A DNA stretch of 64,000 bases from Octopus vulgaris (lineage: Eukaryota): positions 6,572,001 through 6,636,000 of the forward strand of contig OX597824.1 of NCBI GenBank assembly GCA_951406725.2. The letters are read 5' to 3'. The notes under the pieces are model-generated. The model made no database searches and was not told the origin of the DNA. It worked only from the letters and a program-made list of their open reading frames with translations. The position numbers were made by a program, and so were the translations under genes. This document shows, in pieces, positions 42,733-55,210 of this stretch. Every line of letters starts with the position of its first letter. The stretch's first letter is position 1.

Positions 42733-43498
42733 AATAAACTGAAGTTTCTCTACATTAAGCAAAAAGATATAATTTTGATCGCCACCTCGTAAGCAAAAAG
42801 TACTAGATTCTTGCACAGACTTGGCCCAGACTTACGACTTTTTTAAACTAAGATTATAGTTTTGAAACAATAGCTACCACATAACATTGTGAAGAAGGTG
42901 CAGTAAATATTTTCAGCGTAGGTTAACAACAGAACGTTCTACGCCAAATGTTTCTCGAAAATAACTCGAGTTAAAGAATTTAGTACAAGAAACACAAACA
43001 CCAGAACATGCACAGACGGATTCTAATCTCTATAATTTACGATCAACATTTTCCTTCAATGCAGTTATCATAGACTTTATACAATGTAATCAATGTAATT
43101 CTAATGATTCTTTTTCATTGGCTGCGATTAGAAGGATTATAAGTGGGGCTTTTTTTGTGGTAGTTTAGATTCATAAACAACGGCTTAGTCTACCAAGGAA
43201 TCTAATTATTATATAATGGATGAAAAGATAAGTCGTTCTCATTATAACAGTTAAGTCATCAACTCTCATTTCACAATGTTTCCAGCTGTTTCAGATTCTG
43301 CTCCAATCACAATAATAACGATATTGACATTTTAATTAATTAAGAAAGTATTAAAAAATTGTATTCGCACGCAATTAGTCTGAAATTGCTTAGTAAATCT
43401 ACTTAAAAAAACTACTAAGATTTCCTTGACACGCCAGAAAACAATTAAAGAATTTTTTTCCATATTTGTTAGCTTTATTCCAGTCAACGATACTTATA

Positions 43499-44777
43499 TT
43501 GGGTCATCCCATAAATAATGCGGTTTTTTAATACTTGTTTTATTTTTCAAAATTAAGATAAACAAAGTTCTTTTTTAATCGGAAATATACTCTTTTTCAT
43601 TATCTACAATACTCTTCCATCTATCTGGTAGACTTGCAAGGCCTCTCTTCCAATATTCACTTGACCGTGACGAAAAATACTCCTCCAGTACTGTTCTGAC
43701 CTCGTCTACAGAATTCATATTCTTTCTGTCCAAATGATTTAGAAAACTGCGGAATAAATGATAATCAGACAGGGCAATGCCCAGCAAATAGGGTTGGTGG
43801 GGTATCGTTTCCCATTCAAACTGTTCCAGCCTCGCTGTATGTAGCACGAACATTATCCTGAGGAAAGAACTGTCGTGGAGCAAGATTGGGCCATCTCTGT
43901 TCACTCGTCTGCATTGCTTCTTTTTCAAATTCTCGTGCATGCAATCAATTTCCTGGCAAAACGATGTTGCTATTAACGTTGTTCCTTGTTGCAAAGATGA
44001 ATAATGAATGACTCTCTTCGTAGACCACCATACAGTGACCACTAACTTTTTAGTGTGCAATGGTGAATTTGGATAATGCTTAGGTGACTTTCCTGCATCT
44101 AATCACTTTCCTGTTCTCCTGCTGTTGTCAAAGAGTATCCATTTCTCATCACAAGTAATGATTTGATGCAAAAATGGTCTTTTTTCAGTCGAGAAAGCAA
44201 TAAGGAGCACACTTCTAGGCGTCTGTTTTTTTTTTCTTTGTTTTTTTGGGGGGGGGGGTGTTTTTTCTAATCCTGTTCAGTTGATGTGGGACAAACTTAT
44301 CTGTTTTCTTGATTTTTCCATTTTTTTACAGGTGCCCAAAAAAGTTGTGCAAAATGTTTGGAGTTCTGATGAAAGTTTTTGAACCTTTGTTCTCGGATTC
44401 TGTTCAACCAAAGCATTTAATCCATCATGCCGAATAACTGAGTTTAGACTACTCCTTAGTTTATTTTCAAGGCTATCATCTCCTGAACCATCTCTGAACA
44501 GTTCTGATGTCAACAAAACCATTACCAAAGGCCCGCTTTGTATTCCGTAGAGCTTCTGCCCCCAGAGTGACCCAGTTTGTACTCATACGAGAAAGTCACT
44601 CAACATAGTTTGGTTGTTATCATTTTCTTAAGGTCTGTGGTTACGAAGTTTGTATACCAATGCTGTTGGGGTAAAAAAAAAGAATCAAGATTAAATGCAA
44701 GGTATACATAAGTGAGCTTTAAATTACTGAGAAAAAAAAACAATTAAAAATGTCACATTTCATGTGAAACAACCTAA
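43499..44777 (-). mobile_element. Chimeric decayed mariner, ~1.28 kb, with termini from two families
   Basis: Right end ttgggtcatcccataaataatgcgg is the same family as 26167-27447; left end ttaggttgtttcacatgaaa differs; TA on both sides; YEYKLGHS, IITCDEKWI, TVWWS, LLHD and DYHLFRS motifs. Confidence 0.9.
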
Positions 44778-44790
44778 TATATGTGCACAC

Positions 44791-45215
44791 ACAGTATCTC
44801 ACAGAAGTATGAACACACCTAAAAATTTCAGTAAAATTGACATTACCCTGTTAACATAGAAGGAAATCAAACGAAATTTATACTGAATAAATTATACATT
44901 CAAACATTATACAAATTTGGAACATAAAACAGTAAACATTTTCAAAGATTTGAACGAAATATTAATTTTCAACGATACAAAAATATGTACACCCTAAAGG
45001 ATTATTTGCTATATTCAATATTTGGTGTGGCCGCCCTTGCTTTCAATAACTGCATTAAGCTTTCTGGGCATACAGTCGACTAAATTTCCGTATATAACCC
45101 ATGAAATCGGCTTCCATTCATCTTTAACGATGGCTTCCAGCTGTGTTACATCGCAGGTTTTTTCTTCTCAACCTTCCTTTTCAAAACACCCCACAGGTGT
45201 TCTATCGGGTTTAAA
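44791..45215 (-). mobile_element. Tc1 transposon right end
   Basis: VKDEW...NLVDCMPRKLNAVIESKGGHTKY* Tc1 C-terminus; cagtatctcacagaagtatgaacacacc terminus with an inner repeat atatgtacaccc. Confidence 0.8.
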
Positions 45216-45217
45216 TC

Positions 45218-45646
45218 TTCGTTTTGGAGCACCAAAATACCGGAAATAATTCTGCAGAAAATAATTCTCTACAGTCAATTTTGCTGGTTAGAGTACATAG
45301 TTATTTAAATTTAAACGAAGGCTTTTGAAAGATAGCCCCAAATGTAATTGGTAGAACAATATGCATGTTCAATCTCATGCGAACGTCTCGTGTATAGTTC
45401 TGCAAATTATATTTTGCTATGACGATCACACTGATGAATTGCGGACAATTACGTAAGCAATTATGTAAGTGGTAACAACGAAATCGGGTTTGTGATTAAT
45501 CTTTATGTTTTGTATCTTTCCATTTGTCTTGCTCACTTACGTTCTAGCGTTTGCTAAATTTTCTTGAGAACGATCCTTTCTTACAGGTAAGACCATAAGG
45601 GGTCTACTTCTAGCATAATGGATGTCCACTTAGTGGTCATACCTGT

Positions 45647-45650
<4 letters not shown>
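45218..45650 (+). mobile_element. Second copy of the 6005-6821 hammerhead element, with 5' inversion
   Basis: 45218-45315 matches 6450-6549 forward; 45313-45650 matches the reverse complement of about 6120-6457; ends at (TA)n. Confidence 0.85.
45425..45496 (+). ncRNA. Type I hammerhead motif with long stem II
   Basis: AUCACA CUGAUGA (45431-45437) ... GAAA (45480-45483) UCGG GUU UGUGAU. Confidence 0.75.
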
Positions 45651-45687
<37 letters not shown>

Positions 45688-45724
45688 GCACATGTATGTC
45701 TATATATACCTCTACATATGTATG

Positions 45725-46200
45725 TATAAATATAAAAAATGCAAAATGGGACAAAACATCCAGATAGACGATGCAAAGAAAACAAGGATGGGTCATTCGA
45801 AGTTTTCTTTCCTGAGTCAAGTACCAGATTATCTTCGCAATTTCGGCTGATTCTACTCGAGATTGCTCCAATCTGGCCAGCCCCAAGGAAAAACTAAGCT
45901 AAGAGCATTAGATTCCTTGGAAGAAAGCACCGAATTCAACAAAACAAGGACGGTAAAAAACGGACAATGTTACACAAATACAATAAAAATAATAACAGGA
46001 TATAATAACAGGTGTCTTTCAACTAAGGACGAATTAAATTAAGCTGGCGTGTGTGGAAATGAAGTCTTACGACAAGGATACAAGGTTTTACAAGCACAGG
46101 GAGGAATATCGATGTTGCACGGACAACAGCCAGACCAAGAAAGAAATCTCAGGCTTGGCCGAGAGGCGGTCATGTGGGAAGAGAAGAGAGAGGGGTAGAG
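45725..46200. mobile_element. Unclassified interspersed repeat
   Basis: Its terminus caaaatgggacaa...aacatcc recurs at 46550-46580; sits next to microsatellites. Confidence 0.35.
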
Positions 46201-46451
46201 GCAGAGGGACAGAATAATTAAGGAGGGGCGAGAAAAAATGACTGGGATACAGTGAAGTGAAAAGTGGAGGGAAAGTGAGCAAGAAGAAAAGGCAAAGAAA
46301 TGTGAGAGAGGGGGAACGAAAGAACGATGAGTGGAATAAATGAATAAGCAGGAAAGGGCTGATAGACAGAAATAGAGTCGTACAAGATTTAGAAAAATGT
46401 ATACTTACATATAAGAGACCAAAGTGTACGTATGCGGCTATATATATATAT

Positions 46452-46546
<95 letters not shown>

Positions 46547-46620
46547 TAATACAAAATGGGACAAGAACGAAAAACATCCGGACAGTCAGGTCATACAAAA
46601 ATTATATATATATATAGATG

Positions 46621-46658
<38 letters not shown>

Positions 46659-46687
46659 GTGTATAGTGAGAAGGGAGGAAGAGAGTG

Positions 46688-47043
46688 AAGAAGAAGAGGA
46701 GGAAGAAGAAGAAGAAGAAGAAGAAGAAGAAGAAGAAGAAGAAGAAGAAGAAAAAGAAGAAGAAGAAGAAGAAAAAAGAAGAAGAAGAAGAAGACGAAGA
46801 AGAAAAAAGAAGAAGAAGAAGACGAAGAAGAAAAAAGAAGAAGACGAAGAAGAAAAAAGAAGAAGAAGAAGAAGAAGAAGAAGAAGAAGAAGAAGAAGAA
46901 GAAGAAGAAGAAGAAGACCAAGAAGAAGAAGAAGAAGAAGAAGAAGAAGAAGACGAAGAAGAAGAAGAAGAAGAAGAAGAAGAAGAAGAAGAAGAAGAAG
47001 AAGAAGAAGAAGAAGAAGAAGAAGAAGAAGAAGAAGAAGAAAA
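46688..47043. repeat. (GAA)n tract, ~350 bp
   Basis: Direct reading. Confidence 0.98.
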
Positions 47044-47671
47044 GCAGTAATATCGCCAGCGGGATTCGAACTCCGCGTGATCTATTGTTTATCGGTTTTC
47101 ATATAATCAATCCAATCGATCGATTTGCTTGAAGCTACAGATGAACTTTGCACAATGCAACTCTGGTTGTATTGTACAGATAATCAGAAGAGTTATCCCC
47201 CAGCTTTATCCCGCAATTCAACATCGGACAAAGTTAGAAAATTTTACAGCTTTCAGTTCTAAAAACGGTTCCAAAGTTCCATTATTGCTCAAGATAATCA
47301 ATGTAGCGCATTATTTCATTCTTTTATTGGTTTCGGTTATTGAAATACTGCCAAAGTTGAACGCCACCTTCATATGGAAGTGATCGGAGAATATATCAGC
47401 TTCAAACAGAGTAGAAAAGAAAATATAAAGTTAACGATCACTGTTCCAATCAATCATTCGGTATTGAATGACAGCAACCAACATCCGAAGCTGCATTGAC
47501 ACCATAATGCCACAGCAAAATATATGAACGCCCTATTTCGCGTGCCTTTACGGATACTTAGAAGAATTTTATTGACAGTATTAACCCACAGCCTGCCATG
47601 GGTCCCATTTGGGGATCTGCTAAAAACAGTCTCATTGCCGGTTGTTCGTTGCATTTAAGCTAGTATTTGCA

Positions 47672-48160
47672 TCTTGGGCAAGTGTCTTCTCCTATAGCCT
47701 CGGGCCGACCAAAACCTTGTGAGTGGATTTGGTAAACGGAAACTGAATGAAGCCTGTCGTATATATGTATATATATAGGCGCAGGAGTAGCTTGCTTACC
47801 AACCACATATTCCAGGTTCAGTCCCACTGTGTGGTACCTTAGGCAAGTGTCTTCTCCCATAACCTCAGGCCGACCAAAGCCTTGTGAGTAGATTTGGTAG
47901 ATGGAAACTGAAAGAAGCCTGTCGTATATATGTATATATATGTGTGTGTGTGTGTGTGTGTATGTCTTTGTGTCGGTTTTTGTCACCAACCGTCGCTTCA
48001 CAACAGATGTTGGTGTGTTTATGTCCCCGTAATTTAACGATCCGGCAAAAGAGACCGATAGAATAAGTACTAGGCTTACAAGGAATAAGTCCTGAGGTCG
48101 ATTTGTTCGACTAAAAGCTATGCTCCAGCATGGCTGCAGTCAAATGACCGAAACGAATAA
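47672..48160 (+). mobile_element. SINE family A: partial copy followed by full copy
   Basis: Fragment 47672-47770, then copy from ggcgcaggag at 47778. Confidence 0.9.
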
Positions 48161-48514
48161 CATAATATACGAACGAAAGACTAAATACATTTGTGCAATA
48201 TGATGTGGTACGTCTTTCGGCTGAGTGGCCTAAAGAGTTTCTTGTGACTTTCACGGTTAGAAATACAGTAAACTATTGATTAACCGATTCGAATTACAAA
48301 AGAAACGATGGTATTGTTCGCAAAATGAATCATATAACCATTAAAAATGCTGGGCGGAGATAGAAATATAAATGCTGGGTTTTATTGAAGGAATTCCGGG
48401 AACAAAACTACGAAGTGCATTTTATAGACTATAATTATATTGTAAGATTGTCAACGTTACAAGGCAATTACTTACCTCGCGACATTATATTACTCTGAAG
48501 ATTTATGTTCATAT

Positions 48515-48596
<82 letters not shown>

Positions 48597-48600
<4 letters not shown>

Positions 48601-48975
48601 CAGTATCGCCCGGCGTTGCTCGGGTTTGTAAGGGAAATAACTATAAAGCATTTTTAGAGAGTTATAGCCAAAAAATAGCAAAAAAATGGAAAAATATTAT
48701 GGTAAATTTTTTTAGAGTTAAAAAGGTCGAGTTGCGTCCCCTAGACAGTCTGTGGTTTGTGTTTCTGATTCTCGACCCATGTCGAATTTATCGATTTTTT
48801 CAGAACTGGGAGAACTTTTCAAAATTTTCGCTGCGTTAGTTTTGAATTATGACATTGGGCTATGTGTGTGTCAAGTTTCATCAGAATCGGTTGAAAGCCG
48901 TGGTCAGGGTGAGGGTACAACCTAACAGACACACAGACACGCAGACAGACAAACTGCCATTTATATATAGAGAGA
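48597..48975 (-). mobile_element. Non-autonomous Helitron
   Basis: Minus strand starts A|TC; ends with hairpin cccgagcaacgccggg, then cgatactg and ctat (decayed CTAG); 3' ~60 bp shared with 56206-56690. Confidence 0.75.
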
Positions 48976-49868
48976 TAACTTGGAGAGTGTTTATATGACT
49001 TTCTGAAAGATAGAAGTCAGGCAGTAGTGGCCAATGGAGCCACCTAAAAAAAAACACAAATAGTGAGCGATGTTCCACAGGGCACTGTTTTGGGACCACT
49101 GCTTTTTATAGTGGCCCTCTCAGATATTGACCACAGAATAGTGCTCCGCGCCCTTTTTTTACTTGCCGCACACTTATATTCTTCTCAAAATACGGCGACA
49201 TACCTAAACTAAAAGTATAACTAAAAGTGTGGGTGTGGAAATTATATTCAGGTTACACTGCGGCACATCTAGCATCGTCTCGTGGCACACCAGTGTGCCG
49301 TGGAATACCGGTTGCGGACACTGCTGTAGAAAATAGTGATCTTTTCTAGTTGGCTTTCACTTTTCAATTTCTGCAATTTCGTTCCAATTGATTTCAAATT
49401 TGGTGTATTGGTGTATTTTTGTATGCTAATTATTGAATTACAATTCATTTTCGGGATAACTAAATAAATAAATAGTTAATCGCTTTTAAAGTTGGCACAT
49501 TTTGAGTAATTTTAGCCAATCGAAAGCCACAGACATATAGATACCTGTTTCCATAGTAACAAACCAGGGGTGCTTTCTAGTGTGGAATTCTCCTGTGTAA
49601 CTCTCGATTTTTATGTATTCATGAACTGAACTACAGTTTGTTTTCTTTTTGTTGTTGTTTTTTTTTCTTTCATTTAACGCTTTCGCTAGAAAATATGTGT
49701 TGTTTACAGCTGTAATGACTTTTGATCATAGCTCTGCTTGATTAGAACGGACCTAAGGTCAAATATCTTATGATCCACAACATACAAAGTTTATATTTTG
49801 TTACCATATATACACATTCTACATTACTGTAAAACTGTTTGCAATTAACACCCAACATGATGTAATTA

Positions 49869-50185
49869 CGTGGAGGCGCAATGGCCCAGTGGTTAAGGCA
49901 GCGGACTCGCAGTCGTAGGATCGCGGTTTCGATTCCCAGACCGGGCGTTGTGTGTGTTTATTGAGCGAAAACACCTAAAAGCTCCACGAGGCTCCGGCAG
50001 GGGGTGGTGGCGATCCCTGCTGTACTCTTTCGCCACTCTTTCTCTCACTCTTTCTTCTGTTGGCCTGCCCGCTTAGCCAGCAGGGTGGCGTCATTCGAAG
50101 GCTAAAACGATGCGAACGCATTGTGACCAGCGATGTGTAGCAACATCTGATGGTCTGGTCGGTCACGTGACCACGTGATCACGTG
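49869..50185 (+). mobile_element. Full SINE family C with 12-bp TSD
   Basis: A-box tggcccagtgg, B-box gtttcgattcc; cacgtga-repeat tail; TSD atgatgtaatta at 49857-49868 and 50186-50197. Confidence 0.92.
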
Positions 50186-50329
50186 ATGATGTAATTATAT
50201 AACGAGAAAGCAGATTATAATTGAGTGGAATCTCCTCAGATACTTATTCACCGCATTCTCTTAATTCTTATCATCTTATAAAAAAAATTGCTTCCTTAAC
50301 ATCGCAGCTGATCTTCTCATCAAACTATT

Positions 50330-50625
50330 CATTCATTCATCATTCATTCGGTTCTCATTGTGCCTCGTGGTACCTGAGGTGACAAGATCGTTCTAACACG
50401 GAAAGCGTCCTCGACAGCTTGTTCCATTGTTAACCCTTTGCTTTTAAGATCTTTCGTTATTGTTCCCCGCCGTGTTTCCTTCGGTCGACCACGTCTTCTT
50501 TTACCTTGTGGAACCCATTACGAAGCGATCCTGACGACTGAGTTCGGTTTATAGCGACAAACTCGACCCAGCCATTTCCATCTCCTTGCTTCAATAGTTT
50601 CTTTTATTAGTTTCACGTTAGCCTT
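50330..50625 (-). mobile_element. RTE-clade LINE 3' fragment
   Basis: IEARRWKWLGRVCR...WVPQGKRRRGRPKET...KDL; (GAAT)n tail. Confidence 0.85.
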
Positions 50626-50634
50626 GGTTTTTTT

Positions 50635-50785
50635 TTTTAGTCGAAGAAATCGACCCCATGAATTATTCTTTATAAGCCTATACTTATTCTGTCGGTCTCT
50701 TTTACCGAACCGCTAAGTTACGGGGACACAAACACACCAGCATCGGTTGTCAAGCGATGGCCGGGGTACAAACACAGACACACAT

Positions 50786-50838
<53 letters not shown>

Positions 50839-51012
50839 GCTTTATTTAAAGCAGCAGAAAATTCAACAAAACCTGTTACTCTGAGTTTCCCGTTGTAACA
50901 GGTTTTGTTGAATTTTCTGCTGCTTTAAATAAAGCATATTACTCTACCACTCGTATTTGAGTACTCTTTTTCCACCTTGTTTCACATTTATGTGTTTACT
51001 CCGGTATATATC

Positions 51013-51075
<63 letters not shown>

Positions 51076-51227
51076 TATATACGATGGGCTTCTTTCAGTT
51101 TCCGTCTACCAAATCCAGTCACAAGGCTTTGGTCGGTCCGAGGCTATAGTAAAAGGCACTTGACAGTGGGACTGAATCCGGAACCATGTGGTTGGGAAGC
51201 AAGCCTTTTGCCACGCAGCCACGCCTG
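50635..51227 (-). mobile_element. SINE family A interrupted in its internal microsatellite
   Basis: Halves at 50635-50825 and 51075-51227 flank a fold-back insertion. Confidence 0.85.
50839..51005 (+). mobile_element. Fold-back Penelope-like insertion
   Basis: Perfect 41-bp inverted repeat 50839-50879/50895-50935; spacer region reads GGGAAACUCAGAGUA on the minus strand; (TA)n on both sides. Confidence 0.6.
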
Positions 51228-53184
51228 ATACATGTCACAATAATTGTGTATTAAAAACTTTGAAGTTGTGAAGTTTGTTTATTTTGGGTTATTTTTCGCA
51301 TTCAATGCTTAATAAATGTTCAAAACATGTTTTTTCATCATAATGTTACCATGAATGTTTTGTCGTCGTCACATTGTAGCCAGGCACAAAATGACAGCTT
51401 CGACATCCTATTTTTTAGCTGGTTAAAAATGATCAAACTCTAAATCTCTGTAACTTTTTTTAAAATTTCTTGAACAAGTGAATAACGGCCTGAGATTCAG
51501 CGTGAGAAATTACACCAATACACCAAATTTGAAAATTTTCACTTAATTTTGAAATTTCAGAAAAGTGAAGCAAACAGAAAAGATACGGAAATAGTCTAAT
51601 ATTGGGGCATACAAACCTATGACGAAGAAAATGGGTATTAGTACACGAGGGACAAGAACCCACACTTCTCGTTTAATTTCTTTCGTGGGTTTATATTTTC
51701 TACAGTCAGTATATACGGTGAAAACTTATATTTACGAAAAATATGTATATAGGTATGTACAGATGTATATTTGTGAGTATGTATGTGTTGTAATCTCAGC
51801 CACTTCTACGCTACGGGAACCGGATTTGGCTCCGATCTTATTTGTTCTACGGCTCATGAGACATCTGAATCCAACTCTAAAAGACTCGACCAATTCCAAA
51901 TTTTTCCTGGATTTAAATTGCTTTTTTATTCCAGTAATAACTGTTTCTTATTTTGGCTCAAGACCAGCAATTGTGAAGAGAGGAGATTTGTCGAATCCCC
52001 CAACCTTAGAACTTGGTTGTTACCTTGACTTTTGTCTTGGCTGTTACTTTATTTTCTCTATCCCAGGGATATGCAATCCAAACTTGACTTCGACGGATTT
52101 GAACTGAAAATGTAAGGAGTCGGAATAAACACCGAACAGTATTTTTTACCGACGCTTTAACGACTCTGTAAGTTCTGTGTCTTTAATTCAGAAATAATAT
52201 TATCCGGAGGGTCCAGAAGAAAGTTGAGTATTCGTTCCTTTTCAAGAGAAAGATAGCCTTTTGTTTTCTTTTACCGAATTCCAGATGGCATCAAATTTAG
52301 CTTTTTCTCATTTTTTTCAATTTTGGAAAGAGTTCTTTCAACGATAATATAGCTAAAACGATATCCTTATATTTCGTTTGCAATACCTTAAGATCATGTT
52401 CAGTAAATAAAAAAAATATACGAAGCTATTTCGATTAAAACAAAAAATAAAGTCGATTTTTTCTATGCCTGCTGAAAATCCTTATACAGCGTTATTTTAT
52501 TATTTTTTTTATCAGCAAGCCATTTCTGGATTTTGCAGAATGTCGAAAAGATTCTTTATATCTTTATTCCCTTTAACAGTTTCTTCGATAGAATTGAATC
52601 AAGCTTTGGTAAGCATTTCCCGCCACAAAGTCAGCAACTGAAATTTCGCTTCATTGGGTTGCACAAAGATTTTATACTATTCAATATTGCAGTCAAAAAT
52701 GTTAGAAATAGTTTGACTTCTAACTTTATTAAGTTTATTAGCATAAAATGAAAATAAAAACAACTGTAGTAGTCTCTCTACTCTTTCTTTCTCTCTCTCT
52801 TTCTTTCTCTCTCTCTCTCTTTATCTCTCTCTTTCTCTCCCTCACTCACACACACAAACACACACACACACACAAACACTGGCTTTCGTCTGAACTCCAG
52901 TACATTATTAACTTTGCTTACTACGACAGCCAGAATATTTAAAACTTAGAGTATCCAGATTCTTTATAGCTAAATCAGAAATAACCTGACCATTTTTATG
53001 TTCCCTGATATCAATAAATCCAAGAACATTTCCATAAATTTCCCCATATCTCTCCACGTAACGCATAACCAAACACGGTGGTGGTTAATATCACAAACGG
53101 TGAAACAGCATACGGTGATACTTACAAACGATTCATTAATGATTTAATTAGAGAAAGGGAGCTTGGACTTGGAGAAAATAATTC

Positions 53185-53595
53185 GGATATTTTCGGTTTG
53201 AACGGCAGTTTTTTCTAGCGGTGTCATATGAAATTGTCGCCCATAATTATGACCCTAGAATCGATCTATTGCATTTCAATCTCTTTTAGGGTTAGGGGTG
53301 GGGGAAGGGTATCTTCTTTTTCTTCACAAATGTAAATAAGCCCAATCTGTTTCTTAAACGAGGGACATATTCATACGGCACAGAATGTTTTTTACCTCAA
53401 TAGACGTGAGTGATTGGTTGAAATTGCAGAGATTGAAGAAAAAAAACAACAAATATTTTACAAACTATAGAATTTTCTCTATAAAGCCAAGAGAAAAAGA
53501 TGTTTTATAAACACATTCTACCAGTATACGAAGTTTAAAATTTTTTAGTTACCTAGAAATTATGTTAAAAACTGCCGTTCAAACCGAAAAGATTC
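53185..53595. mobile_element. MITE with ~28-bp TIRs and 8-bp TSD (Merlin-like)
   Basis: TIR ggatattttcggtttgaacggcagtttt; TSD aataattc at 53177-53184 and 53596-53603; half copy at 58540-58748. Confidence 0.8.
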
Positions 53596-53995
53596 AATAA
53601 TTCGAGTGGTATTTCCGTCTCATCTGCACACACCAGATATTTAAGTGATATCAGGGTTTATCAGGAGTCGAATTATCACTCGATCATATCATCACACGGA
53701 TGTTTTGGTTAGTGATGTAGGCCTTACAAAATCTTTCAATTAAAGCCTCTTGAGTATTTTCTTCAAATTTTCCTTGAAGAAATTTTTGAACGAAGAGATC
53801 CCAAAGTATGCGCATCAACAGCGCATGCGTTTCGATGAGCGCCCCCTTCATTACATCAATGAATGAGATGAAGCAAAATTTCAGAATGCTTTCTCTGTAA
53901 TAGTTGTACAACTCCCAGGTTACGGAGCTTACTGGAACACAAATTCGTTTCTAAGACAGGAAACTGATTGCCAGAAATCGATATCTTGTGATTAT

Positions 53996-54225
53996 ATATA
54001 TCTTTACTACCCACAAGGGGCTAAATACAGAGGGGACAAACAAGGACAAACGGATTAAGCCGATTACATCGACCCCAGTGCGTAACTGGTACTTTATTTG
54101 TCGACCCCGAAAGGATGAAAGGCAAAGTCGACCTCCGCGGAATTTGAACTCAGAACGTGACGGCAGACCAAATACGGCTACGCATTTCGCCCGGCGTGCT
54201 AACGTTTCTGCCAGCTCGCCGCCTT
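53996..54225 (-). mobile_element. SINE family B with 15-bp TSD
   Basis: TSD atatcttgtgattat at 53981-53995 and 54226-54240. Confidence 0.95.
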
Positions 54226-54811
54226 ATATCTTGTGATTATTTATGAAAACACTAGCACGTACCAACTTACCTGTATCCAACTTACCTAGGCAGGTGACAG
54301 TAACATTACAGCAGATAAAAATCAGCAATTAAAGCCAAAACTCACAGTGCACACCAACAATCATTATATCCTATGATCAAACTTCTTCAGAATTGTAATA
54401 GTTACAATTTTTATGAATATTTTGCTGGACTAAATTCATTCCTTCAAAATTTCTAGTTTCTAACAGTATTGGAAAATTTATATAAAAAAAATTGTACTGA
54501 ACGTTAAAGTTAAAATGGCGAAATATATTCATTTCGCAACATTCATTTTAATTTAATCCAAAAAGTCAGTGCTAATTGGTTAATTTACACCGGTTTAAAT
54601 AGTTAAGGACTACCATTTATAAATAGTAGCAAATTTCAAATGAATTTTAATCAAAATCAGCAAAACAGAAGACTAATTAAGAATAGTCATCCTTGTTTAC
54701 AGATAACTTAGTTTCATCTTGACAACGAAAAGCCGATGTTTGCATTCTTAAAACCATAATATTCTGGTCCTTTCACGTTAAGCTGCAAAACGATTCTGAT
54801 AAACTACACAT

Positions 54812-55210
54812 AGGCGCAGGAGTGGCTGTGTGGTAAGTAGCTTGCTAACCAACCACATGGTTCCGGGTTCAGTCCCACTGCGTGGCATCTTGGGCAAGTG
54901 TCTTCTGCTATAGCCCCGGGCCGACCAATGCCTTGTGAGTGGATTTGGTAGACGGAAACTGAAAGAAGCCTGTCGTATATATGTATATATATGTATGTGT
55001 GTGTGTGTTTGTGTGTCTGTGTTTGTCCCCCTAGCATTGCTTGACAACCGATGCTGGTGTGTTTACGTCCCCGTCACTTAGCGGTTCGGCAAAAGACACC
55101 GATAGAATAAGTACTGGGCTTACAAAGAATAAGTCTCGGGGTCGATTTGCTCGACTAAAGGCGGTGCTCCAGCATGGCCGCAGTCAAATGACTGAAACAA
55201 GTAAAAGAGA
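54812..55210 (+). mobile_element. Full-length SINE family A (reference copy)
   Basis: tRNA-like head, CORE-like gcatcttgggcaagtgtctt, internal (TA)/(TG) microsatellite, tail ggtgctccagcatggccgcagtcaaatgactgaaacaagtaaaaga; resembles described octopus tRNA-derived SINEs, family name not assigned. Confidence 0.95.

Noticed and set aside
46586-47106. Poly-Glu, Arg or Lys ORFs
   Set aside because: (GAA)n repeat artefact.
53287-53298. TTAGGG telomeric repeat
   Set aside because: Only two units, inside a MITE.
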